A DNA stretch of 64,000 nucleotides from the NCBI GenBank assembly GCA_041697335.1, contig JBGUGD010000023.1, positions 32,001 to 96,000 on the forward strand. The letters are read 5' to 3'. This DNA is from Vampirovibrionaceae bacterium NZW_1234 (GTDB lineage Bacteria > Cyanobacteriota > Vampirovibrionia > Vampirovibrionales > JAGQHJ01). Below the pieces are notes generated by a model. It saw nothing but the letters and a program-made list of their open reading frames with translations. It had not been told where the DNA came from and did not search any database. Position numbers and translations under genes: made by a program. Positions 1 through 10,363 of this stretch are shown here, piece after piece (the first letter of the stretch is position 1; each line of letters opens with the position of its first letter).

Positions 1-140
1 CGAGGGGGTGGCCTCCCCCTCGACGCTCCCCCCGCTGGAACCTTGAGTGCAAGGTTCCAGACCTCCCACCAGGGGGCCGGGCCCCCTGATACCCCCGTTA
101 AGAGGATGCTCGGGCTCCAGGGCTTCGCCCTCGCTTTTTT
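1..140. repeat. GC-rich multi-hairpin (REP-like) intergenic element, possibly truncated at the window edge
   Basis: Perfect stems: cgaggggg/ccccctcg (1-22), ctggaaccttg/caaggttccag (35-60), cagggggc/gccccctg (70-88), agggc/gccct (119-131) followed by a T-run. Confidence 0.5.
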
Positions 141-234
141 TGATTTTGAGGGTAGGAATACAGCCTTTGGCTGTATTGGTATTTTCTAGGGTGGGGGAAA
201 TTTTTTATCACCGAAAATGATATGATGAGCGGGT

Positions 235-1506
235 ATGAAGGCCTTGGATCTGGACCCCTATCGCGCTTGGAAAACGCCGAATTTTCGGCTGTATTTTGCC
301 GGGCATGCCCTGGGGATTCTGGGGCTGCAAATGCAATTTGTCGCCGTTGGCTGGGAACTTTATGAACGTACCGCCTCGGCCATGGTCTTGGGCCTGGTGG
401 GGCTGTTTCAGATTATCCCTGTCATTCTCCTCACCCTGGTCGTCGGGCAGGTGGCCGATCGCTTCAGTCGCCAACGCATCGTCACCATTGCCCATGCTCT
501 TACCGCTCTCTGCTCACTGGCCCTCGTCTGGCTGTCCTACACCCAGGGGCCCGTTTGGGGCTATTATCTTTCCCTCTTTCTTGGCGGTGTGGCCTACGCC
601 TTCTATGCCCCGGCCAACTCTGCCCTGCTGCCCCAGCTGGTGCCCAAAGATGTATTCCCAAATGCCGTTACCTGGAACAGCACCGGCTTTCAAGTGGCCT
701 CCATCTCAGGCCCCGCTCTCGGGGGGCTGTTGATTGCCCTGGCTCACTCTGCCACGCCCGTCTATCTCTTTCGGGTCTTGTTTGAGCTGGTGGGTGTGTT
801 CTGTCTGCTGGGGATCCGTGCCAATGTCTCTCAGAGCGACGAAATTCGTCGCGAGCCGCCCACTTGGCAAACCATGCTGGAAGGGTTTCGCTTTGTCCGG
901 CGGGAAAAAATCCTGCTGTCTTCCATGACCCTCGATCTCTTTGCCGTCATCTTGGGCGGCGCCACAACCTTGCTGCCTATCTATGCCAAGGACATCCTTC
1001 ATGTCGGGCCAACAGGGCTGGGGTGGCTTCGGGCGGCACCGTCCATTGGGGCCCTGATTACCGCCGTCATGCTTACCCATCGGCCGCCACTCTCCCGGGC
1101 GGGACATGATTTGCTGTGGGCTGTGGTGGGCTTTGGGGTTTGTACCATTATCTTTGGTCTGTCGACCTCGTTCTGGCTGTCCTGGGTGATGCTGGGCCTG
1201 GCCGGGGCACTGGACAATATCAGCGCCGTCATTCGGGCTACCCTGGTCCAGATTCGGACCCCGGATGAGATGCGCGGCCGGGTGTCGGCCATCAACTACG
1301 TCTTTATTGGCATGTCCAATGAACTTGGTGGTTTTGAGTCCGGCTTGGTCGCAGCCTACTTTGGCCCCATTGTCTCGGTCGTCTCTGGTGGTATCGGGAC
1401 CTTGATTGTCGTATTGATTGTCGCGGCAGTATGGCCTCAATTACGGCAACTACGCAGTCTTACCGAGCCTGAGCCCGAACCTCTGGTCGGCAAGTCGACA
1501 TTATAA
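235..1506 (+). CDS. MFS transporter (EntS/DHA3-like efflux family)
   Basis: 423 aa, about 12 hydrophobic segments, motif A-like GQVADRFSRQR, C-terminal TPDEMRGRV motif. Confidence 0.9.
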   Translation: MKALDLDPYRAWKTPNFRLYFAGHALGILGLQMQFVAVGWELYERTASAMVLGLVGLFQIIPVILLTLVVGQVADRFSRQRIVTIAHALTALCSLALVWLSYTQGPVWGYYLSLFLGGVAYAFYAPANSALLPQLVPKDVFPNAVTWNSTGFQVASISGPALGGLLIALAHSATPVYLFRVLFELVGVFCLLGIRANVSQSDEIRREPPTWQTMLEGFRFVRREKILLSSMTLDLFAVILGGATTLLPIYAKDILHVGPTGLGWLRAAPSIGALITAVMLTHRPPLSRAGHDLLWAVVGFGVCTIIFGLSTSFWLSWVMLGLAGALDNISAVIRATLVQIRTPDEMRGRVSAINYVFIGMSNELGGFESGLVAAYFGPIVSVVSGGIGTLIVVLIVAAVWPQLRQLRSLTEPEPEPLVGKSTL

Positions 1507-2070
1507 GTGCATGGCCTTGCTGAAGTGTTTCCCCAGGAAATACTTGGAGACACGGGCCGTCACAAAGGGACGGACAAAGGTATCGGGGATCTGGGACAGC
1601 ACACTGCTCAGGACCACCTGCTGCCCGTTGGTCATGCCTGGGAAATACTTCTTCACCACATACTCATAGGACATACAGAGCGTGGCCAGCCAAATCACCG
1701 TGCTAATCGACTGGCGCACCAGTTCCTGAACATGCAGCAGACGCCGGGCCGAGGCACTAAAGCCCTCCGCCTGATAAGCTTTCCCATGCATCAACACTTT
1801 GAGGCCGGTCATCAGCATGCTGACCCCGATGAGAATGCCGTATTCCTTGAGCTTCTTTTTCCATAAGGGCTGATCATCTTTTTGGGATGCGTTCTTCTGC
1901 TGGGCCATGGCCGGTTCGGCAATCATGCGCTTGGGTGTCGGAATAGGCACATGTGGCTTATGCTGCTCCAACCCCAAGGGGCTGTAGATAACCGGCGATA
2001 TGGGATTGTAATACGCCTGTTGCGGAAAAGGCCACGGGCCATATGCCGCCGAATAATAAGAAGAATACAT
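1501..2070 (-). CDS. Hypothetical membrane protein with Tyr/Pro-rich N-terminus
   Basis: ATG at 2070 preceded by GGAGGGA; 2-3 hydrophobic segments in the C-terminal half. Confidence 0.6.
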   Translation of the reverse strand: MYSSYYSAAYGPWPFPQQAYYNPISPVIYSPLGLEQHKPHVPIPTPKRMIAEPAMAQQKNASQKDDQPLWKKKLKEYGILIGVSMLMTGLKVLMHGKAYQAEGFSASARRLLHVQELVRQSISTVIWLATLCMSYEYVVKKYFPGMTNGQQVVLSSVLSQIPDTFVRPFVTARVSKYFLGKHFSKAMHL

Positions 2071-2363
2071 TGATGTTCCCTCCGCTGGTATAATCCAGAT
2101 CAGGTTCAACGGGTTGCGATCAGTTGGGATCTGCTCTCAGCCTTCCGTTTCAGGCACCCCGACAAGTAACGTTACATGCATCATATCTTAAGGGTTCCCA
2201 GAACACAACTTGGATGCATGGCGGGGGAAGGGTAAAATGGAATCGGATGATTCGGCAGTTGAATGTTTATCGGGCACAATACACAAAGGACAAATCCACC
2301 CCCACAAAAAAAGCGGACGGATCAGACTGGTTATAAGGTATCGGATAACAAGCAGAGGCCCCT

Positions 2364-4229
2364 ATGCGTAAACGCTTTCCCTTTCAGAATCACTTGTCTC
2401 GTGTTACAGCGACTTTGATGGCTCTGGGCTTGGTGGTTTCGCTCACGGGATGCAATCCGCCTTCGCCTCAAATGGCCGACTCCGGTCATACCATTGTCAA
2501 AGTCCAGCGCCATTCTGCTCCTTCCTTTAAAACCGTGGAAATTGACGGGGTTGAATTTAAACAGTCCCGTTTTCCGGTGGGCCAGTTTGGTGGCAGCTTT
2601 TATGATGCCAGCATTGGTCGTGGGCCGAAAACCTTTAATGTCCTGGCATCTACCGATGCCACATCCTCCATGATTGGTGGGATGATGTTTACCGGCCTCA
2701 CTGAAACCGATGCCTACACCGGAGAAACGGTTCCTCATCTGGCCAAATCCGTTGAAATCGCTCCCGATAACACGACTTATACCGTAACCCTTCGTAAGGG
2801 GCTCACCTGGTCCGATGGACATCCCTTGACAGCCGATGATGTGGTATTCACCTGGAATGACATCATCCTGAAGGGCTTAGGTAACAAAAGCAACCTTGAT
2901 GTGGTCTCCATTAACGGCGTGCCGCCTGTGGTTCGTAAAATTGATGACTTGACCATTGAATTTAAAACGCCACAGCCCTTTGCGCCTTTTAAAGGCAACC
3001 TGGGGAGCTCGATTCTTCCCAAGCACGTTGTCGAGCCCGTGATCCGCAAAGACCCCAAAGCCTTCGATTCCTTTTGGGGGGTGAGCAGCTCGCCCAAGAG
3101 CTTTGTGGTAAATGGCCCCTTTATGATGGAAGAGTACATTAGCGGCCAAAGGGTCGTGCTAAAACGAAACCCCAACTACTTTATGGTGGATGCCCAAGGT
3201 CGGCGTCTACCCTACCTGGACCGCTATGTTATCGATTTCGTGCAGGATCAGAATGCCCAGTTGCTTCAGTTTGAGCAGGGCCATATCGATTCGCTGTCGG
3301 TGCCGGGCAATCAGGTCTTTTACGTCAAACACCTGCAAACGCCCGAGTTCAAGATGTACGACTTGGGACCGGCTTCGGGTACGACGTTTTTGGTCTTCAA
3401 CTTGAACCCCCGGAAAAACAAAGACGGAAAACCCTATGTTTCTCCGATTAAATCGGCATGGTTTCGGGATCTGAACTTCCGCAAAGCCATTGATTATGCC
3501 GTTCGGCGGGATCAGATCGTCCAGAATATTCTGATGGGGGTGGGGGCTCCATTGTTTACCGCCGAAAGTCTTTCCTCCGTGTTTTTGAACAAGGCCATTG
3601 CCCAAGGACACCCGTCCGATCTGGAAAAAGCCCGTGAATATCTTCGGGCCAGCGGCTTTACCTGGGATTCTCAGGGACAGTTGCATGATCGCCACGGCAA
3701 TCGCGTGGAGTTTGAACTCTCCACCAATACCGGGAATCTGGAGCGAGAATCGGTGGGTGTGGCCATTAAAGAGGATCTTCAGAAGCTGGGCATCAAAGTC
3801 AACTTCAAGCCTATCGATTTTAACGTTCTTGTCGGCCGTATGGACACGGCCCAGTGGGAAGCCATTATTCTGGGGTTGACCGGAAGCCCTATTGAGCCTC
3901 ATGGCGGCAAGAATGTCTGGGAAAGCCAGGCGGCATTGCATTTGTTCAACCAGCGTAAACCCGGTGAAGACATGCCGGGGACCGACATTATTGAGCCTTG
4001 GGAGCGACAAATTGACGCCCTCTTCAACCAGGGCGCCACGACGCTGGAGCTGGAAAAGCGTCGTGAAATCTACAACCAGTTCCAGCAGATCGCCTATGAC
4101 AATGTGCCCTTTATCTATCTCTATTCCCCCAACGCCATCGTGGCCATCCGAGATCGCATTCAGAACCTGGATCCCACGCCGTTAGGGACCTTTCATAATA
4201 TTGAGTCCATTTGGGTCAAAACCCCTTAA
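2364..4229 (+). CDS. ABC transporter substrate-binding lipoprotein, family 5 (OppA/AppA-like)
   Basis: Lipobox LTGC; family-5 signature LRKGLTWSDGHPLTADDVVFTW; GPF and RNPNY motifs. Confidence 0.92.
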   Translation: MRKRFPFQNHLSRVTATLMALGLVVSLTGCNPPSPQMADSGHTIVKVQRHSAPSFKTVEIDGVEFKQSRFPVGQFGGSFYDASIGRGPKTFNVLASTDATSSMIGGMMFTGLTETDAYTGETVPHLAKSVEIAPDNTTYTVTLRKGLTWSDGHPLTADDVVFTWNDIILKGLGNKSNLDVVSINGVPPVVRKIDDLTIEFKTPQPFAPFKGNLGSSILPKHVVEPVIRKDPKAFDSFWGVSSSPKSFVVNGPFMMEEYISGQRVVLKRNPNYFMVDAQGRRLPYLDRYVIDFVQDQNAQLLQFEQGHIDSLSVPGNQVFYVKHLQTPEFKMYDLGPASGTTFLVFNLNPRKNKDGKPYVSPIKSAWFRDLNFRKAIDYAVRRDQIVQNILMGVGAPLFTAESLSSVFLNKAIAQGHPSDLEKAREYLRASGFTWDSQGQLHDRHGNRVEFELSTNTGNLERESVGVAIKEDLQKLGIKVNFKPIDFNVLVGRMDTAQWEAIILGLTGSPIEPHGGKNVWESQAALHLFNQRKPGEDMPGTDIIEPWERQIDALFNQGATTLELEKRREIYNQFQQIAYDNVPFIYLYSPNAIVAIRDRIQNLDPTPLGTFHNIESIWVKTP

Positions 4230-4487
4230 AACGCGTTTAAGATTCGCTTTACATCACGGTTTAGCCGGGTAGTACTACCTTCGGGTGAGTCGGGTGATAC
4301 GGATAAGTTCGCCCGTTCTGGTAATCTATCAACTATATGCTGTAGGTTATAACTAAAGTATAAGCAACCCAGGACACGAATCCAAAACCTCCAGACGAGA
4401 GACAGCATTTTTCCAAACTGTTTTAGCAGTCTATTCCTGTCGGGTCTTGCAAGTTATATGAGTGGAAATTCTTAAGGAGTGCGCTTT

Positions 4488-4679
4488 ATGAAAATGATTA
4501 ACAAGCTGATGAGCAAAAAAGCTGGCCAAGGTGTTATTGAGTACGCTGGTGCTATGATTGTTGCTGCCTTGATTGTGGCTGCCGTATTGGTTATCGGTCA
4601 ACAAGGGATGGGCAACGTATACAACAGCATCTTTGGTGGCGTACAGTCCTTCTTTACCACCCAGTCTGGTAACCTCTAG
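4488..4679 (+). CDS. flp: Flp/type IVb pilin
   Basis: AAGGAG SD at 4474; basic leader, G|QGVIEY prepilin motif, hydrophobic helix; 63 aa. Confidence 0.85.
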   Translation: MKMINKLMSKKAGQGVIEYAGAMIVAALIVAAVLVIGQQGMGNVYNSIFGGVQSFFTTQSGNL

Positions 4680-4752
4680 TATTGATCTCGCACTGAGCGA
4701 GACTGGAATTCACCCCATAACGAATCAAGCAACCTGAATCGTGATTATTTCT

Positions 4753-4794
4753 TGTAAAATGCCGGATCCAGGCAATCTGCTCCGGCATTTTACA
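4753..4794 (+). terminator. Hairpin downstream of the pilin gene
   Basis: 14-bp inverted repeat tgtaaaatgccgga/tccggcattttaca. Confidence 0.6.
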
Positions 4795-4894
4795 TTCCCT
4801 CTTCGCCATTTTATCTTCCGTTTTTCTCAAAGAAACCGATAGCGGCGCTATCGTGTGTTTGCCTGAGTCATTTTACGAATAGGACTGAAATTCT

Positions 4895-5530
4895 ATGGCC
4901 GTTTTCACAATTTTGGAAAAACCGGGTTATCAATCCTTGATTCCCAAGGTTGTCACCGGAGTCGCCATTTTGTGGGCCGCACTGGGCGTCATAATCAATA
5001 CCAAGTTTTTGATGGAAGGGCACTGGAATGCACTTGGGGTACTCGCCTATTACTTTTTGCTGATGACATTGTTTGTGATTCGTAAACCCAGCCGGGATGT
5101 GTGTAAGGGGATTAAACATCGTATTACTGCCTTGATGGGGAGTTGGCTGCCACTGCTGATTATGCCAACTTCAACAACCATTGCGGGGATGGAGATAATC
5201 GCCGTGCCGTTGCAAACGGTGGCCTTTGTTTACCTGATGGTGGCCATTATGTCACTGTCTCGCAGCTTCGGCGTGTTTGCAGCGTACCGGGAAATTAAGA
5301 CGGGGGGGCTTTACCGATGGGTTCGTCATCCCTTGTACTCCTCGGAGTTCCTGGGGTTTGTGGCGGTCCTGCTACTCAACCTTTCCTGGTACAACGTGAT
5401 TTTATTAACGGTGCAAATGTATTGTCAGTTGTTACGGATACGGGACGAAGAAAAATTGCTGAGCCAAGACCCGGCTTACGTGGAATATTGTTCTCGGGTG
5501 AGATATAGGCTGGTTCCGGGTCTTTATTAA
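4895..5530 (+). CDS. Isoprenylcysteine carboxyl methyltransferase (ICMT/PEMT) family membrane protein
   Basis: TGGLYRWVRHPLYS motif, EE..L and Y..Y...V.YRLVP C-terminus, multiple TM segments. Confidence 0.85.
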   Translation: MAVFTILEKPGYQSLIPKVVTGVAILWAALGVIINTKFLMEGHWNALGVLAYYFLLMTLFVIRKPSRDVCKGIKHRITALMGSWLPLLIMPTSTTIAGMEIIAVPLQTVAFVYLMVAIMSLSRSFGVFAAYREIKTGGLYRWVRHPLYSSEFLGFVAVLLLNLSWYNVILLTVQMYCQLLRIRDEEKLLSQDPAYVEYCSRVRYRLVPGLY

Positions 5531-5601
5531 TGACGAGCGACAGCGCATAAAGCGGGAAGAAGAAACCTGTATTCGGAGAGAAAAGTGATGGGTTAAGAAA
5601 A

Positions 5602-5632
5602 CGCGTGGGACTGTGATGAGCGGTCCCACGCG
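5602..5632. terminator. Probable bidirectional terminator between convergent genes
   Basis: cgcgtgggac/gtcccacgcg inverted repeat. Confidence 0.55.
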
Positions 5633-5651
5633 AAGTATTGATTATGGTTGT

Positions 5652-7124
5652 TTATTCGGCGGAGTAAGTTGTCTCTTTCTGATTTTGTTTGCCCGAGGTA
5701 TTGAGATGGGCATGCATCGGACGCAAGGTTTGCATCTTTAGCCATTCGAGGGCAAGCAGCCAGCCCATACCGCCCAGAAGGCTGATGAACATCATCAATA
5801 CCAGAATGTGTTTTGGTCCCGGGAAATCCGGTTTACGGGCTAGTGTCGCCGGTTGAACCGTAACCACATTGCTCAGGTTGTCCGAAGCCTTGAATTCGGC
5901 ATCGGCGGCTTTGAGGCGCAACATGCTGACCATATCGGAAAGGACCTTTTCCTGTTCCATCAACTCGGCAATGCGCAATTGCTTGACCGGGAAGGCTCGG
6001 GTCTTGGCTTGCAGGGCGGCAATACTGCTCTGCAAGTTGGCATGCTGTGCCCGCAAACCTTGCAGCTCGGCTTCGGCATCGGCCATGGTGTTAACCAGGT
6101 TTCCGCGAACCGGGTCTGCAATTTGCAGGCGGTGGGATTTCCCGTGTGCCCCTAATGTACGGACGGCTTCGCGCTGGACCTGTTGCTGGATCTCCTGGAT
6201 CCGGGCTTTGACGGCCTGGACGCTTGGGGTTTCATCGGTATACTTGACAGCCAGGGTGCTGTATTCCTGTTGTGCGGCATTCAGCGCTTTCTGTCCATCG
6301 ACCAGGGTGTTGTTCATGCCTAGTGCCACAGACTGGATCCCTTGGGCTGCACTCATCCCCAGATGACGGCGCATGGTGCTGACCATCCCCTGGCGAGAGC
6401 GAATTTGGCTCTGTAACGCGATGCGTTGGGTTTCCAGGTCTGCCAACTGCTGAATGGAGGCTTGGGCTTCGTTGGGAATGTCGATGGTCTGGTTGGCCAT
6501 ACGGAAGGCCATCAGTTCTCGACGCACGTCTTTAAGTTTTTTCTCAACGGTCTGGATCTGGTTCTCAATGTACTGCCCATGCTGCATCAGGGTTTGATGG
6601 TTGATGTCCTGGAGGAAGTCCTGATACGAGTGAATGTAACCGTCGACAATATACTTGGACAGTTTTTTGTCATGGGTACTCAGTCGCAGGGAGACGATAT
6701 CGGTATTTGCCGGGTTTTTTAACGTCAAGCTATCTGCCAAACTGTCGGCCTCAAACATATCCGGATACTTGGCCTTGAGCGCCTTGTACTCTTTGGCTGG
6801 GACCTGTTGATGCAGGTACGCTAAAACCCGTGTGGCCAGCTGCGGGGAGTTGAGGACCTCGATTTGTGTCAATAGCGGGTTGCCGTTAATGGTCAGGGCT
6901 TTGACTTCGTCCTGGGGACTGGCCTGCTCGGTCACAAAAGTCGGCTGCTTGCCGCCTTTGATCAGGAGTTTGCCAATCGAGGAATAGCGGGGGTGAATCA
7001 GGAACAGGTTCACCATCAACCCTAATACCAGACCGCCTGCCAGGCACATTGCCAGGAACTTCCAGTGGTATCGGGCCAGAAGAAAGTACCGTTGCCAGGT
7101 AACCGTGTACGTTCTATCCATCAT
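5652..7124 (-). CDS. Polysaccharide co-polymerase/chain-length determinant (GumC/Wzc N-terminal type, no kinase domain)
   Basis: N- and C-terminal TM helices, TQIEVLNS motif, long coiled coil, P..PDFPGPK before the last TM; start chosen at ATG 7124 after AAGGAA. Confidence 0.85.
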   Translation of the reverse strand: MMDRTYTVTWQRYFLLARYHWKFLAMCLAGGLVLGLMVNLFLIHPRYSSIGKLLIKGGKQPTFVTEQASPQDEVKALTINGNPLLTQIEVLNSPQLATRVLAYLHQQVPAKEYKALKAKYPDMFEADSLADSLTLKNPANTDIVSLRLSTHDKKLSKYIVDGYIHSYQDFLQDINHQTLMQHGQYIENQIQTVEKKLKDVRRELMAFRMANQTIDIPNEAQASIQQLADLETQRIALQSQIRSRQGMVSTMRRHLGMSAAQGIQSVALGMNNTLVDGQKALNAAQQEYSTLAVKYTDETPSVQAVKARIQEIQQQVQREAVRTLGAHGKSHRLQIADPVRGNLVNTMADAEAELQGLRAQHANLQSSIAALQAKTRAFPVKQLRIAELMEQEKVLSDMVSMLRLKAADAEFKASDNLSNVVTVQPATLARKPDFPGPKHILVLMMFISLLGGMGWLLALEWLKMQTLRPMHAHLNTSGKQNQKETTYSAE

Positions 7125-7183
7125 TGTGTTTAATTCCTTCTTGGTTGTTGAAAGCTGATACAAGTGACCGCAAAGGCGGAGCG

Positions 7184-8320
7184 TTAGTTGCCGACCATGG
7201 GCCAACGGCGTCGTGGATTGAAGACGTCGAGTACGGCGTTGGCAAAGTTACCCACACCCAGGAACGGGGTTACGATACGGGTGGCATAATCCCATCCTCG
7301 ACCCATGATGGGGACATTACGCTCATCAACCACCACAACGTCGTTTTCCCGCAGAACAAAGTCGTTCTTTTCGGGGTCAACTTTAAACTGGCTCATCTGG
7401 CCGTTGGGTCCCAGGCGCATGACTTTGACGTCGTGCTTGTTGGCCTCAATGTTAAAGCCATGGGCAGACGCGATGGCCGAATTAATCCCGGCTGCCTGGG
7501 CTGGAATGGCGTAAACCCCTGGAGTCTGGACTTTACCGATGACTCTGACCGTGAGGCTTCCGGGTGCAATGGCCGAGGTGGAGACCAATTTCGCCGTCTC
7601 ATCGTCCATGGGGCCGGCCATTACCGGGACGGTGACGGTATCGCCGGAGCTGAGCATCAAATCCTGCGAGGTGTTGCCGTTGCGAAGCATATCCAGTAAA
7701 TCCACCGTGCGTTCCACATGGGTATCGTTGTTGCGAATCAGGACATGACTGAGATCGGCCAGCTGGGTTACCCCACCGGCATTGGCGATCAGGTTCGATA
7801 CGGTCAGTCGGCCACGAATCAAGTGGGCACTGGGAGAATCCAACCGATCGGTATCCCCATGAATTTCATAGGAACCAGGTTTATGAACCGCGCCCAGAAC
7901 ATACACGATGGCCGGATGGAATTTGGCAATCGTGACAGAGACTTCCGGCTTCTTGAGGTAGCGTTTCAGCCGCTCGGCAATCATGTCGGACAGGGTTTGA
8001 ATGTCCATACCGGCCACATCCACTTCGCCCAAGGGATTGATCGTGACAAAGCCATCGGGGCGAACCACCAGGTTCTGTTGATCGAATTCGGGAGTGCTGT
8101 AGACGTTGATATTAATGGAGTCTCCCGGTCCCAGACGATACTTGCCGTCGACAGTCTGAACACGGGCTTTAATGGCCGTGGGCTGCATTGTCATGGCTGG
8201 GTTTGTAATTTGCGGGCTTGTCTGTATGGCCATCATTGACTCGGCTGTTGCCCAGCCGGGTGCGGTTAGGATAAAGACGGCCCAGATGATGAGGAAAAGT
8301 CGAATCGGATAATAAACCAT
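7184..8320 (-). CDS. Polysaccharide export protein with SLBB domains (Wza-like)
   Basis: YRLGPGDSININV, VRPDGFVT, VYVLGAVHKPG, VIGKVQTPG motifs; signal peptide; start uncertain. Confidence 0.88.
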   Translation of the reverse strand: MVYYPIRLFLIIWAVFILTAPGWATAESMMAIQTSPQITNPAMTMQPTAIKARVQTVDGKYRLGPGDSININVYSTPEFDQQNLVVRPDGFVTINPLGEVDVAGMDIQTLSDMIAERLKRYLKKPEVSVTIAKFHPAIVYVLGAVHKPGSYEIHGDTDRLDSPSAHLIRGRLTVSNLIANAGGVTQLADLSHVLIRNNDTHVERTVDLLDMLRNGNTSQDLMLSSGDTVTVPVMAGPMDDETAKLVSTSAIAPGSLTVRVIGKVQTPGVYAIPAQAAGINSAIASAHGFNIEANKHDVKVMRLGPNGQMSQFKVDPEKNDFVLRENDVVVVDERNVPIMGRGWDYATRIVTPFLGVGNFANAVLDVFNPRRRWPMVGN

Positions 8321-8709
8321 CGTGTATAACCCTCTATCGTGTTTCTCGTATCCGACGACAATGGCCGTTTGTCGGCGCAGGGGTCGGATGTCATTGGCTC
8401 CCACACATGGGTTCGGCCTGGGGATGACTATAAGAGAAAGCCTGAGGGAATAAATGAGGCAATCAGGCTATCGTTCCTTCATGCCGGTGCTTGTCTGGGC
8501 AGGCCGCCGATTTTACCGGCCCCAGTAAGGCATTGTCCCGGTAGTCTAATGCTTAAAAATTCCCCAGGTCGCTAGTTAGCCCGGTAATGCAGGACTACTC
8601 TTATGGCTATTGCCGATGGGGTAAACAGCGGTGTTGGGCTTTTCATTTGCCTGCCGTCATGCCATTCTGGAGGCAGTCGCTTCGTCATTATCAAGGTAGG
8701 CGGTTTGTC

Positions 8710-9474
8710 ATGTCTTCTGCTCTGATTGATCCTGTATTGGATATTGCCAGGGAAGCCGGGAAACGAATCATGGCGGTCTATGCCCGTCAGGAACCTATTC
8801 AAGCGACCCTCAAAGCGGATCGCTCTCCGTTGACCGAAGCCGATTTAGCCTCCCATGAGTGGATTGCCCATGCCCTTGGAAATCTCACGCCGGACATTCC
8901 GGTGCTTTCGGAAGAGGATGAGGTACCTTACGAGAACCGGCGTCAATGGACACGGTTCTGGTCGGTGGATCCGTTGGATGGGACCAAAGAATTTTTGAAC
9001 CGTCGCGATCACTTTACGGTGAACATTGCCTTACTGGAAGCCGGTACGCCGGTGCTGGGCGTTATTTATGCCCCTGTATTCGATGAGCTGTTTTGGGCGG
9101 AAGCCGGGCAAGGGGCCTGGTTTAATGGGGAGAGAATTTTCAACCGCAATACCCGTTCCGAGTGGGTGGCCGCGGTCAGCAATGTGCATTCCACGGGGAA
9201 GACCCAGGCATTTTTGGATCGCCATAACATTACCCGGGTTGCCCGCAGTGGTTCCGCGCTCAAGTTTTGCCGCCTGGCTCAGGGGGAAGTGGACATTTAT
9301 CCCCGGATCAGTCCGACAATGGAGTGGGACATTGCCGCCGGTCAGGTGATCGTTTCCGAAGCCGGATGCCGACTCTATGTTATGGAGACTCATGAGCTCC
9401 CGCAGTACAACAAACCTAACCTGGTCAACCCGGCCTTCATTGCTGCCCGAACCGACATTCCGTTTTTATCCTAA
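8710..9474 (+). CDS. cysQ: 3'(2'),5'-bisphosphate nucleotidase
   Basis: KADRSPLTEAD, VLSEE, VDPLDGTKEF, GSALKFC, TMEWDIAAG motifs. Confidence 0.92.
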   Translation: MSSALIDPVLDIAREAGKRIMAVYARQEPIQATLKADRSPLTEADLASHEWIAHALGNLTPDIPVLSEEDEVPYENRRQWTRFWSVDPLDGTKEFLNRRDHFTVNIALLEAGTPVLGVIYAPVFDELFWAEAGQGAWFNGERIFNRNTRSEWVAAVSNVHSTGKTQAFLDRHNITRVARSGSALKFCRLAQGEVDIYPRISPTMEWDIAAGQVIVSEAGCRLYVMETHELPQYNKPNLVNPAFIAARTDIPFLS

Positions 9475-9595
9475 AGGTATCCATGCTCCAAGATGAGTTT
9501 CTTCTTGAGAACTCAATTTCAAGAGATATACGTCGAAATCATCCCATATTATAAGAAACCTGTGCCAAGCCGCATGGTTTTAAGGAACTTGATCT

Positions 9596-10363
9596 GTGTT
9601 GAAGTCATTTTTCAAGGTAAACCGAAAGCTTTGCCAAGTTTTGAATAAAAGTTTGAACTTACCTCATCTATTGGGACAGGGGAATGTTTTATACCTGCAA
9701 CACTGTGCCGAGTTCATCAATACAAATCGAGATAAGAAGGTTCTTGATATTGGGGCAGGTCGAAAGTTGTATTTCGCCGATCTCCTGATTAAACCGTGTT
9801 CCAATACGATTATTGGATGTGATATCAGTCTTGACGAAGTTCAGTTGAATGGTGATTTGGATGAGGTTGTCATCTGCGATGCTAGTAAAGAGATACCGTT
9901 GCCGGATCAGTCGGTTGATTTGGTAACATCTTACATGTGTATGGAGCATTTGCCTGATACAAAAACCTTTTTGAATGAGGCAGTTCGAGTATTAAAACCT
10001 GGATCTCCTATGATCTTTTACTTTGCGGGAGGTTTAGCTCCTCATGCACTTATTAATCGTTTATTTCCACCGCATATATCAAAGAGAATCATATACTTTT
10101 TTCTGCCGGGAAGTGAGAATAGGCTTGGCTTTCCGGCATATTATGATGGTGTAACGCTATCTCGATTTTCACAACTGCTGAGAGAGCGAGGTGTCCACAT
10201 TGATAACATTTATGTGAATTACAATTTCCGAGAATATTTGAGCTTTTTTCTCCCTCTCTATCTTGTCGGCTTGGTGATTGACTATGTTCGCTATGTATTA
10301 CAATGCAAAGAATACGCTTGCAGTTATATTTTTGTGACAAGACTCATGTCTGATTCCCACTAA
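9596..10363 (+). CDS. Class I SAM-dependent methyltransferase (type 11)
   Basis: VLDIGAG motif I, IPLPDQSVDLV, MEHL, RVLKPG; visibly AT-richer than its neighbours. Confidence 0.85.
   Translation: MLKSFFKVNRKLCQVLNKSLNLPHLLGQGNVLYLQHCAEFINTNRDKKVLDIGAGRKLYFADLLIKPCSNTIIGCDISLDEVQLNGDLDEVVICDASKEIPLPDQSVDLVTSYMCMEHLPDTKTFLNEAVRVLKPGSPMIFYFAGGLAPHALINRLFPPHISKRIIYFFLPGSENRLGFPAYYDGVTLSRFSQLLRERGVHIDNIYVNYNFREYLSFFLPLYLVGLVIDYVRYVLQCKEYACSYIFVTRLMSDSH

Noticed and set aside
4230..4480. c-di-GMP riboswitch upstream of the pilin
   Set aside because: Could not find the GEMM core (GCAAA...GNRA...ACGCAAA) by eye
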